Below are positions 1-8,394 of a stretch of 64,000 nt of DNA, piece after piece. Each line of letters begins with the position of its first letter. Position 1 is the first letter of the stretch. A program made the translations under genes and the position numbers. The notes under the pieces were generated by a model that was not told where the DNA came from, made no database searches, and worked only from the letters and a program-made list of their open reading frames with translations. Source of the stretch: Opitutales bacterium (lineage in GTDB: Bacteria; Verrucomicrobiota; Verrucomicrobiia; Opitutales; JABSRG01); NCBI GenBank assembly GCA_049599475.1, contig JBMYOQ010000013.1:1-64000 (forward strand), in the 5' to 3' direction.

Positions 1-66
1 CCGTAGACAAAACCATATAACCATAAAGCTCAATAATTATTCGAACTGGTATAAGTCCAAACTTTT

Positions 67-100
67 GTAGGGCACGCGTGGACGGGCGAACCGTGCCTAT
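67..100 (+). repeat. GTAG-type REP-like palindrome
   Basis: gtagggcacg...cgtgcctat imperfect hairpin starting with GTAG, just past the stop of 117..2546. Confidence 0.5.
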
Positions 101-116
101 GGAGATGCAGCCCAAC

Positions 117-2546
117 TTAATACAAAGCGTCTCGAAGACCTTCGGGCAGAGTCTCTTTTAGAGTATCCCAAAACACAGTCGGCTCGGGATAACTAAGGTC
201 GCCCGTTGAGATGCCCTGCATCGATGGACGCTTCGTCGACAAAACCGGTAGCCAAGATCGCTCACTCTTTAAGTCCGCAGCGAGCGGAACGAAGGTCGAA
301 GTTTCAGAATCCAAGACTAAGTAAAGGGATCGCGCTTCGTCGATATCGACACCCTCGACGGAGGTCAGGCCATTGGGTCCGATTGTCCCCACAAATGCGA
401 GAGGCAAGCTTTCAAACTGAGCAAGGAGGGCAGACGTGGCTTTTTGGGAATCTACCCACTCGTAGCTCGGGGCTGATCCCAATAGGCTATCCAGGTTCTG
501 CTGATTTCGTTTTTCCTCCAACCAACTGAGGTGATTGAGGACGATGCCAGACTGCGCCAGCAGCGACTTCGCCTGCTTCAGCTCCGGTATCCAGGAAATC
601 TCGAAGAACTCCTGACCGGAGCCCAAAACGTCGACGGTCCACTGGAGCATAAAAGCCCGGAAGGCCGGAGAGAGTCTCGCATCGTAGATTGCCGTCTGAA
701 TCAGTGGCAATGGATTCTGTTTAAATGCCCCATAATCGGCATCCCAAAGATCGGCGAGCTGTTTGGCCACCCGTGATTCGAGCGTGAGAATACCATCATC
801 ATAGACGATCCCACGGTAACGCCCCAGACCATCTTTGTTGGCAGTGGATTTTATCGATGAGGCCCCAGTCTGATCGACCAGAGTTAACTCTTGGGACACC
901 AGATACAACTCCCTCAACTCATCCAAGAGGGTCTCTTCAGACTCAACAGGCCCTTGAGTGTAGACCAGTGAGCTACTCTGCGCACCCGCATAATTATACC
1001 TAAAATACTGCCAAACATCGATGAAGCTATCATCTGTAAGCAGCTGAGTAATTTGCGTTGCTACTTCTCGAGCGTAGGAGAAATCCTCAAGTTTTAGCGA
1101 AGCGGACCTCTCAATCCACATGCGAGCCTCAGTGTCCGAAGGTGTCCACGCTTCTGGGACCAATCGTTCCCGCCAAAAAGGGAGGCTGCGCTCAGCACGC
1201 GCGAGATCAGGGAGCTGGATACCGGAAGAATTTAATCCCGCGAGACGCTCGATGCCTGATTGGACAGACTCATATGAATTAGGGTTACTCACCGAGGCCA
1301 AGGCGGCTGACATCTCATCTAAAAGAGATTGTATTACATCGCCGCGATCCACGATCGCTTCGATACGGGCTTCCGCCCCCGCCTCGACATCCACCCCGTC
1401 AAGGGCCACGGCTTTCCAGGCATCGTATTTCTCACCAAGCCCCTGGGCTCGAGGAAGCCAAGTCCGCAGGCCATCCAAGTTCATATCTCCCACGATCGCT
1501 TCCTCTAGGTCCTCAAGTAAATTGAGCAGAGGTTCAAATTCAGCTTCTTGCTTCGCTATCTTTTCTTCCTTCGAAGCTCGGGACCAGGCAATTGCTTCTT
1601 CTAATTGATCCAAGAGTGGCCCTTGGGCTTGGAGCGGTAAAGATACAATTTCCGAGCGAATATTCACCGACTCTAACGCCACGTCCAGTGAACCATTGGT
1701 GTCTTTGAAAATCTTCGCTTCAAATTTCGAAATCAACTGCTGCACCTCGGCATACTCCCGAGAAAGCGCTGAGCGTGCTTCTCTAACACTCTCCAACCGA
1801 GCTTGAAGATCGGGATAAATCTCAACAGGTAGGAATGAATCGGGCCCCTGGAATTGAGCTTCCATGGTGCCTTGCTCGATCTGATTAGCGAACAAATCGA
1901 TTGCTTCAACAAATTGGCTACGCACGGTCAGGTAGAGGCTACCTACCCCTAGAGATACAATCGCAAGTGAACTCAGAGCAATCACTCTAACGCGCTTTTT
2001 CCGACTTGTCCGCATCCGCGACACCATGGCCTGATGCTCGCGTTCGGCAGATCTACGCGTATCGGCATCACCCAGAGCTTTAGCCCATTGATCGAAAAGG
2101 AGCCCCAGCTCGTCCTCCTGCCGAGCATTGTAGGAAAAACGCTCAATCAATCGCCTACAGCGCTGGCTCAGCTCGGAGTCTCCAGAACGAATGGCGAAGC
2201 GATAAGCAGTCAGTACTGGCCCGTCGTCTCGCAACTCCGTATTCGCCAGTCGTGCGACCCACTCATTCGAAATACCTAAGGGCTGATCCTCTGTTTCCCC
2301 CAAGATGGGGTCCACATCTGGAGCGATCCCCGCTATCTCCAAAATCTGCGGGTGATCCACGACTTTCTCGAGAGCCATGACCACACGGCCCTCTTGCAAA
2401 TCGCCGACGATTGCGTGCAAGGGTTCCACGATACCCGCGCGCGCACGATTCCAAGCGCTAGCCTGAACGGACCAGTCAATATCCTCGAGAGGTCCCCCAA
2501 GCTCAGCAATCCATGACTTGAGCGTATTCTCCGTAAAATCCGACAT
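117..2546 (-). CDS. Membrane-anchored helical/coiled-coil protein, last gene of the GTPase module
   Basis: About 809 aa ORF; single TM (VRVIALSSLAIVSLGVGSLYLTV) after basic RKKR; ATG at 2546 overlaps the upstream stop (TGATG); GTG at 2549 is an alternative start. Confidence 0.8.
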   Translation of the reverse strand: MSDFTENTLKSWIAELGGPLEDIDWSVQASAWNRARAGIVEPLHAIVGDLQEGRVVMALEKVVDHPQILEIAGIAPDVDPILGETEDQPLGISNEWVARLANTELRDDGPVLTAYRFAIRSGDSELSQRCRRLIERFSYNARQEDELGLLFDQWAKALGDADTRRSAEREHQAMVSRMRTSRKKRVRVIALSSLAIVSLGVGSLYLTVRSQFVEAIDLFANQIEQGTMEAQFQGPDSFLPVEIYPDLQARLESVREARSALSREYAEVQQLISKFEAKIFKDTNGSLDVALESVNIRSEIVSLPLQAQGPLLDQLEEAIAWSRASKEEKIAKQEAEFEPLLNLLEDLEEAIVGDMNLDGLRTWLPRAQGLGEKYDAWKAVALDGVDVEAGAEARIEAIVDRGDVIQSLLDEMSAALASVSNPNSYESVQSGIERLAGLNSSGIQLPDLARAERSLPFWRERLVPEAWTPSDTEARMWIERSASLKLEDFSYAREVATQITQLLTDDSFIDVWQYFRYNYAGAQSSSLVYTQGPVESEETLLDELRELYLVSQELTLVDQTGASSIKSTANKDGLGRYRGIVYDDGILTLESRVAKQLADLWDADYGAFKQNPLPLIQTAIYDARLSPAFRAFMLQWTVDVLGSGQEFFEISWIPELKQAKSLLAQSGIVLNHLSWLEEKRNQQNLDSLLGSAPSYEWVDSQKATSALLAQFESLPLAFVGTIGPNGLTSVEGVDIDEARSLYLVLDSETSTFVPLAADLKSERSWLPVLSTKRPSMQGISTGDLSYPEPTVFWDTLKETLPEGLRDALY

Positions 2547-3367
2547 CACGAGACGACAAACAGCTTACCGCCCGAGACCATGCTTTTAAGGAGCGATGAT
2601 CGTGCTTTCAGGCTGAATTTGGAACTCAAATGCTCACGTTGCACGTGCAGGCGATCCGCATGGACATCGACAAACGAACCCGACAGACCACCAATCCAAT
2701 GTAGAGGCATATCAATATCGCAATCCTGCAAGAATGTCGTGAATGCAATTTCCCACGACATCGGTGGCGGCACGAGTGCTGAGGACTCAGCGTAGGCTTT
2801 CAAAATGAGCTGCGTATCCGTCTTATCCGTAATCAAGAACATCGGTTTATCCGATACACTCGAATGCTCCAACCATGCCGCTGCACTTTCCGGAGACTGT
2901 GTCATGGCCTCCCAATGCTTTGCGGGTAAAAGTGGCTGCATCCGCTTCAATTCCGTGAGAATACGGTTTGCCGGAAAGGGCTCGATCCACGATGGCTGAG
3001 CCTTGAATCGCTCACGCCACCCCGTCCAAAAAAGAAGTATGACCGCCGGGCTCAGGGTAAATCCAGCGCTGTTTCCATCAAAGACTAAGTGATGCGCAAT
3101 GTGGTTTGCTCGATGACTATAGTCAGCACCCGCAAAACCAATTTTCGTGATCACAAACAGCTCACGACCTTTGTGTATGATCGAATGAAAACGATGGACC
3201 CATGGGCGCGTGCCCGTCCAATTCTCATAGCGACTGCGTACCTCTAGCAGCTGCACCACCTCTTCGGGGAGTTCCTTGGAACGCGCCACCGTGCAGAAAC
3301 CAGAAGCCCCTTGTTCCAAGCCAGAAGGAGCTGAAGTAAATATTAGCTGGTATACTTGCCCGTTCAT
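2546..3367 (-). CDS. GAP1-N2/GAP1-M domain protein (GTPase-associated protein 1)
   Basis: QLIFTSAPSGL..G.SGFCTVARS and GADYSHRANHIAHHLV match GAP1-N2; VPPPMSWEIAFTTF resembles GAP1-M; ATGA overlap with the GTPase gene. Confidence 0.8.
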   Translation of the reverse strand: MNGQVYQLIFTSAPSGLEQGASGFCTVARSKELPEEVVQLLEVRSRYENWTGTRPWVHRFHSIIHKGRELFVITKIGFAGADYSHRANHIAHHLVFDGNSAGFTLSPAVILLFWTGWRERFKAQPSWIEPFPANRILTELKRMQPLLPAKHWEAMTQSPESAAAWLEHSSVSDKPMFLITDKTDTQLILKAYAESSALVPPPMSWEIAFTTFLQDCDIDMPLHWIGGLSGSFVDVHADRLHVQREHLSSKFSLKARSSLLKSMVSGGKLFVVS

Positions 3368-4635
3368 GGATGCGCTCCTCCTTCCTTCTGAGTACTCGGC
3401 ACTAGATTCCCTTCACATTTGGACAGGGCCCAGAGAAAAGGAATATCGACAAATTTCGGCCGAATACGCCGTGGATCTGGAGCCAAATAGCCTTCCATGG
3501 GACCTTCGGTAATCAGCTCTGGAGAATGACCAATCGCGCTCGCAGCAAAATACATAACATTGCTCGAAAGTGCCTCGGCGTTGGCGACAATGCCGGATGC
3601 GTATTCTAGCAAGAGTTCTCGAAGGATTTCAGAATTATGCCGGATCGCTGGTTCGGAAATAGCACCATCGACGATGGGCTCCTTGAATTGGCTCCAATCA
3701 ATCAAACGACCCCAAATATCTGCCTTACCTATGATGATCGCCAATGGGGTCTCGACTCGATTAAACGCAGAGATGTTGCGCAGTCGCTTGATACGTGCCT
3801 CCATTTCAGACAGGAGAATATCCTGTTGATCCCTCACACCTTGCTGGCGCAGCTGAGGATCTTGGACATACGACAGTGCCTTACGAAATCCTGGATTCGA
3901 GGCAGGATTGAATAGGAATAGCAGAACAGATGAATGAGCGACGTGCAGCGCTCCGGGCGATGCCTCGATATCGATATTTGGCTGAAAATGCTCACCGGCA
4001 TTGTCATAAAAAATCAGCGACGCGTTGTGATCGGCAGACTCTTTGCCGGACAAGGTATAAACGAAGGGCTTCGGCAAGGCAACGGAGCGCCCTCGACGCA
4101 CGGCCTGGTCGTACATTTTACCTTCAAAGGTCGTTTTGTCTAGAATTGCTTCTTCTCGGGTCGCGGCTGAGAAGATCTGGTTCTTCATCTCGTTGAGCAA
4201 TACATTACCCGCGGGATCTTCATCCCTGAATGTAACACCGAAATCCTTATACAAGGTCGACTGAAGCTCGTTAATCAAGACACTGAGGTAATAAGACTTA
4301 CCCGCACCCGGGGCTCCGATGACCGAAAAAATATGATGCGGCGTATCGCAGTATCCTCCCGGTAATTTACGTCGACAATGCGGACAGGCAATGTCGTAGC
4401 TGAGCTCACCTTGAGGATCTATGGCGATACCGTCTTCATTGAAATTACTTGCCCAAAAGCGAGGTGCATGTCCGGGGCCAAGAACAGGATCTCCCTCCTT
4501 TCCCATATTTGCCTCGATATTCATCACAGACCCGAGACCAAACTTCTCCCAACAAGCAGGGCAAAAGAAGGGCTGCGGCTCAGCAAACCACTGCTGATCC
4601 TCAATAAACGGTTCAAACTCGGAGGCTTCAGGCAT
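3364..4635 (-). CDS. TRAFAC-class GTPase with N-terminal Zn ribbon (conflict-system type)
   Basis: CPAC...CPHC; G1 GAPGAGKS, G3 DNAGE, G4 GKAD, G5 SAIG. Confidence 0.85.
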   Translation of the reverse strand: MPEASEFEPFIEDQQWFAEPQPFFCPACWEKFGLGSVMNIEANMGKEGDPVLGPGHAPRFWASNFNEDGIAIDPQGELSYDIACPHCRRKLPGGYCDTPHHIFSVIGAPGAGKSYYLSVLINELQSTLYKDFGVTFRDEDPAGNVLLNEMKNQIFSAATREEAILDKTTFEGKMYDQAVRRGRSVALPKPFVYTLSGKESADHNASLIFYDNAGEHFQPNIDIEASPGALHVAHSSVLLFLFNPASNPGFRKALSYVQDPQLRQQGVRDQQDILLSEMEARIKRLRNISAFNRVETPLAIIIGKADIWGRLIDWSQFKEPIVDGAISEPAIRHNSEILRELLLEYASGIVANAEALSSNVMYFAASAIGHSPELITEGPMEGYLAPDPRRIRPKFVDIPFLWALSKCEGNLVPSTQKEGGAHP

Positions 4636-4637
4636 GT

Positions 4638-6023
4638 CTAGCGATTCAAGCGTTGGGCTACCTTATCCAAGTTTCCAGAGACAATCGCGATCTTATCCAT
4701 CTGCTCACGCAACTCCGCAGCCATCAACTCTCGGTCGTTATTTCGATCGGCGATCTCGCTCTCCAGAGCTTCTACTCTTTGCTTACGCTCGCGAAGAGTC
4801 TCTCGTAATTCATCGACTTTGGTCGTCAAGCGTGTCTCAGAATCCGTGCGCTCCTCGTGAGCTTTCTTCTCAAGGCTGAGATCCGACTGGAGAGATTTTA
4901 CAGTCTTCTTCAATTGCTCGACTTCGCCCTCGAGCTCTTCGATGCGTGTTTCCTGCTGCTTCCGCGTCATTTGAGACGCCTTCAAATTATCCGATTTCTC
5001 GTGAGCGGTTTTCTCTGAAGTCGCTAAATTTTCACGAAGCTCATCACTATTTTTCTCGAGTGAATAGATCTTCTGCTGAAGTGATTCTACTTCTGCCTGG
5101 TGCGTATCCTTCATACGTCCCATCTCCTGCTCAAACTCTCTGCGCGCACGAGCCTCTCGGCGCTGGCTGTCTTCGAGCTGCCGCTGCAATTGCTCAACTT
5201 CTGCCTGCAAATCTTGCTTCTCAAGCGTGGCATTTGTCGTGGCGCTGGCAACGGACTTCAACTTATCACGCTCAGACCTCAAACGGCTATTCTCAGTCTC
5301 AAGCTTCTCAACCCGCTCAAGCCATTTCTGATTATCCACAGCAGTTTCGCCGGAATCTTCTTCAGTAAATTTTGAGGATATCTTTGGGAGCAAATCGGAG
5401 AGCGGAATCCAGTCGTCGGAATCATCGTCCCAGCCCCAGTCAGCCATCGAAAATGTGCCCTGCTCGATCCGTGCTTTGAGGTGCTTCAGCGAGTAGAAGA
5501 TGTGCTGCTTTTCGTCCTTGAATACGTTGATCTCGTTCACGGTAGTATCTTCCTCGATGGAGGCTTGAGCTTTAAAATTCGTTGAGTCTTGGGTTTTCTC
5601 TGGTGTCGCCTCAGGCGATTCTTCAGCCGGCGGCTCCGGTGTCTCAGCGGTCAACACACGCGGGGCTTCAAGCGTCTCCGAAGAGAGGTGTCGCCACGAT
5701 GTCGATTTCGCATCCCAAGCCCACATTCCGGCTGCGAACTCTCCCGCAGCTTGCGCTTTTTCAAATGCTTCTGCCGACCAAAGGCGGGATTTCTCCGGGC
5801 TCTTTGTGTCCACGACATAGATGCCCGGTAAAAGTTGAGTGGCCTGTTTCCCGGTAGACTGCTCATGCTGTGCAGCTTCCTCTACAGTCAAAGGTCTCGG
5901 CAAAGATTCCCCAGGTGCCCAAAACAAGTTGGCATCTTGCGCCCAAGCAAGCGATTGCTCCTGCTTCGAGTCGATTGCTGGGGTAGGAAATTGCATTTTC
6001 CAGAATCCAATGCCCGTAAGCAC
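4638..6023 (-). CDS. GYF_2 (DUF4339)-like domain protein with long C-terminal coiled coil
   Basis: Two GYF_2-like segments (WSAEAFEKAQAAGEF...WAWDAKSTSWRHL; YSLKHLKARIEQGTF...WGWDDDSDDWIPL) followed by an E/K/Q/L-rich coiled coil; start at GTG 6023 or ATG 5996. Confidence 0.75.
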   Translation of the reverse strand: MLTGIGFWKMQFPTPAIDSKQEQSLAWAQDANLFWAPGESLPRPLTVEEAAQHEQSTGKQATQLLPGIYVVDTKSPEKSRLWSAEAFEKAQAAGEFAAGMWAWDAKSTSWRHLSSETLEAPRVLTAETPEPPAEESPEATPEKTQDSTNFKAQASIEEDTTVNEINVFKDEKQHIFYSLKHLKARIEQGTFSMADWGWDDDSDDWIPLSDLLPKISSKFTEEDSGETAVDNQKWLERVEKLETENSRLRSERDKLKSVASATTNATLEKQDLQAEVEQLQRQLEDSQRREARARREFEQEMGRMKDTHQAEVESLQQKIYSLEKNSDELRENLATSEKTAHEKSDNLKASQMTRKQQETRIEELEGEVEQLKKTVKSLQSDLSLEKKAHEERTDSETRLTTKVDELRETLRERKQRVEALESEIADRNNDRELMAAELREQMDKIAIVSGNLDKVAQRLNR

Positions 6024-6057
6024 CTAAGACTCAAGGACAAACCGAAGATGAGACCAC

Positions 6058-6091
6058 AAAAAAGCCGGAACGCTGGGGGGAGCGTTCCGGC
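6058..6091 (-). terminator. Intrinsic terminator directly upstream of the GYF gene
   Basis: Perfect 11-bp GC-rich stem, 6-nt loop, followed by TTTTTT. Confidence 0.85.
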
Positions 6092-6157
6092 AAATCGCAT
6101 GTTGGGTGTAACATGCAAGATGGCCGGGGTAGGCACATCGTGGGGTAACAACGATGT
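6058..6157 (-). ncRNA. Putative small RNA or structured leader with four C-rich-loop hairpins
   Basis: Stems ACAUCGU/ACGAUGU, GCC/GGC, GCAUGUU/AACAUGC and GCCGGAACGCU/AGCGUUCCGGC with loops UGUUACCCC, UACCCC, ACACCC, CCCCCC; ends in U6. Confidence 0.6.
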
Positions 6158-6158
6158 A

Positions 6159-6187
6159 ACAATCGGTCAAAAACCCCATTTTCGCAA
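6159..6187 (-). promoter_or_regulatory. Putative sigma70 promoter for the C-rich RNA
   Basis: TTGCGA-N17-GATTGT; a similar TTGATT...GATTGT arrangement precedes the gene at 32523. Confidence 0.45.
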
Positions 6188-6405
6188 GTGATTAATAGAG
6201 ATTATCAGTTCTACTTAAGCAAAATCAGCTCCATTAATAGCTATCGATTATCAACTATTAGCACCCGCCAACATATTGGTGTATAGTCATTTAGGAAAAT
6301 CCGTTTTTGCCATTAGGACGAAATTTTCTTCCCATGCACCTCTCTGATAAACCTACGCTTTTACAGAGTTTTATGGTTTTTTACAAATTTGTAAAAAAAT
6401 CTGAT

Positions 6406-7644
6406 TTACTCGTGCCTAAGCGCTTCGATGGGATTCAAGATAGCCGCTCTAATTGCGGGATAGATCCCCGATAGCACCCCGATTGCGCTGCTGAAGGCAA
6501 AGCCCAACATCATAGCATTCCATGGGACCGATTCAATGACGTCTCCTCCCGGAATCATGGTCTTAAACACTTGGATCACCGCCAGGCTGATCAACATGCC
6601 AAAAACGCATCCGAGTATACTGATGACAATCGATTCCGCTATAAACTGGATGAAGACGTCGCTACCCTGGGCACCAATCGCCTTGCGCACACCGATCTCG
6701 CGAATGCGCTCATTCACCGAGGCCAACATAACGTTCATAATTCCGATTCCTCCCACCACCAGTGAGATTGCAGCAATGCCTCCTAGGGAAAATTTGAAAT
6801 TGCGCTCGAGCTTGTTGAGTTCGGCCAGCTGATCTTCGCCTGTTTCGACCTCAAAATCTAAAATTCCGTTATGCGCGATTCGCATGGTGTTTTCGACGGA
6901 GGTCGTCACTTGGGTCAGCTCCTGGGGATCTCTGATCTTCAGAAGAATACGATTTATACTATTCTCCTCCCCTCGATGCTCCAAAGCTGTGCTCACTGGG
7001 ATCAGGGCGACCCGAAACTTCCAAAAGAGCGCATTGCGCCTCTGACCCGGATTCCCCAAATACTCTTCAGCGAGAACACCGATTACCCGATAAGAAGCCC
7101 CATTGAGCCTCACTTGTTTCCCTGTCGGAGATTCTCCTGGAAACAATTGGTTCGCCGCGTAGGGCCCCAAGACAATGACACGCTCCTTGCGCAAAACGTC
7201 CATCTCACTGATGAATCGGCCTGACTGCATCTCATAATTGAGAATAACCTGATAGTCCGGCTCTACTCCATGAACCGGCTGGGAATAGCTATTATCCTCA
7301 AATGAAATGCGCTCCCAACCTTCATCAAACCGAGTCGATGCATGGCTGACACCTTCTACCGAGGATCGGATCGCATCTATATCGTAAATGGTCATTCCGG
7401 GAGACAAGTAGGCGATTTCCTCCTGTCTTTCAGGAACTGAGTTGCGGCTGATTTCGATTTTCTCGATGCCACCCAGACTCTCGAAAGCTCCACGCGTGGA
7501 CCCAATCATCCCTTCGATAACACCCACCATTGATACCAATGCGGCGACACCGAGTACAATCCCACTTATCGAGAGCATGGTACGCACTTTATGCGCCCAA
7601 ATTTCACGAATGCTATTTATAATACCTGTCCACAGAGCACTCAT
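6406..7644 (-). CDS. ABC transporter permease, MacB/FtsX family
   Basis: GGIGIMNVMLASVNERIREIGVRKAIGA and C-terminal PIEALRHE. Confidence 0.95.
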   Translation of the reverse strand: MSALWTGIINSIREIWAHKVRTMLSISGIVLGVAALVSMVGVIEGMIGSTRGAFESLGGIEKIEISRNSVPERQEEIAYLSPGMTIYDIDAIRSSVEGVSHASTRFDEGWERISFEDNSYSQPVHGVEPDYQVILNYEMQSGRFISEMDVLRKERVIVLGPYAANQLFPGESPTGKQVRLNGASYRVIGVLAEEYLGNPGQRRNALFWKFRVALIPVSTALEHRGEENSINRILLKIRDPQELTQVTTSVENTMRIAHNGILDFEVETGEDQLAELNKLERNFKFSLGGIAAISLVVGGIGIMNVMLASVNERIREIGVRKAIGAQGSDVFIQFIAESIVISILGCVFGMLISLAVIQVFKTMIPGGDVIESVPWNAMMLGFAFSSAIGVLSGIYPAIRAAILNPIEALRHE

Positions 7645-8372
7645 GCCACCGGAGCCGAGCCTCCCACCTCTTCACGGTTTCCAGATTTGGGCTCCTGTCG
7701 ATAATCCTCCAAGATCAAGCCATCCTTCATCCGTATGACTCGATCACAGAAACTCGCCACGTGTGGATCGTGGGTGACGATAGCGAGCGTGTTGCCCTCC
7801 CGCTTTAGTTCACCAAACAGATCCATGATTTTATCCACGTTTTTGGAATCAAGATTCCCCGTGGGTTCATCTCCTAAAATCAGGCGCGGTTCATTAATTA
7901 ATGAGCGTGCAATCGCCACCCGCTGACGTTCCCCTCCGGATAGCTCGAGCGGCGTGTGCTGTTTGCGATGCCCCATTCCTACTCGCTCCAAAACCTCCTC
8001 CGCACGCACCCGGCGGTTCGGATCCCGTCGGCGCGCGTAGTGAGTAGGCAGCAGTATGTTCTCGAAGACTGATAGACGGGGGAGCAGATTGAAGGATTGG
8101 AAAACAAAACCAATCTTGCGGGAGCGCAGTGTGGCTCGGTCCTTCTTGGAAAGATGCGTCACATCCTCGCCTTCGAACAGGATTTCACCCTCGGTTGGAC
8201 GATCCATAAAGCCGAGGACGTGCATCAAAGTCGATTTGCCTGATCCAGAAGATCCAGTAATCGCGACAAGTTCTCCCTCCGTGATGGTGACATCGACCCC
8301 ATCAAGCGCGTTCACGACCTCGTTCCCGACCTTATAGCGCTTCCTCAGCGCCCGTGTCTCAATGACTTTCAT
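7641..8372 (-). CDS. ABC transporter ATP-binding protein (LolD/MacB-like)
   Basis: GSSGSGKS, LSGGERQRVAIAR, DEPTGNLD. Confidence 0.97.
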   Translation of the reverse strand: MKVIETRALRKRYKVGNEVVNALDGVDVTITEGELVAITGSSGSGKSTLMHVLGFMDRPTEGEILFEGEDVTHLSKKDRATLRSRKIGFVFQSFNLLPRLSVFENILLPTHYARRRDPNRRVRAEEVLERVGMGHRKQHTPLELSGGERQRVAIARSLINEPRLILGDEPTGNLDSKNVDKIMDLFGELKREGNTLAIVTHDPHVASFCDRVIRMKDGLILEDYRQEPKSGNREEVGGSAPVA

Positions 8373-8394
8373 CCAATAAAAAAGCTAACCGGCT

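Noticed and set aside
1..40. Possible start of a further minus-strand gene at the window edge
   Set aside because: Too little sequence to support a call or to link it to the GTPase module
5888..6151. 87-aa ORF with a hydrophobic stretch, suggesting a frameshifted N-terminus of the GYF gene
   Set aside because: It runs through the hairpin array and terminator; RNA structure explains the sequence better, though a frameshift cannot be fully excluded
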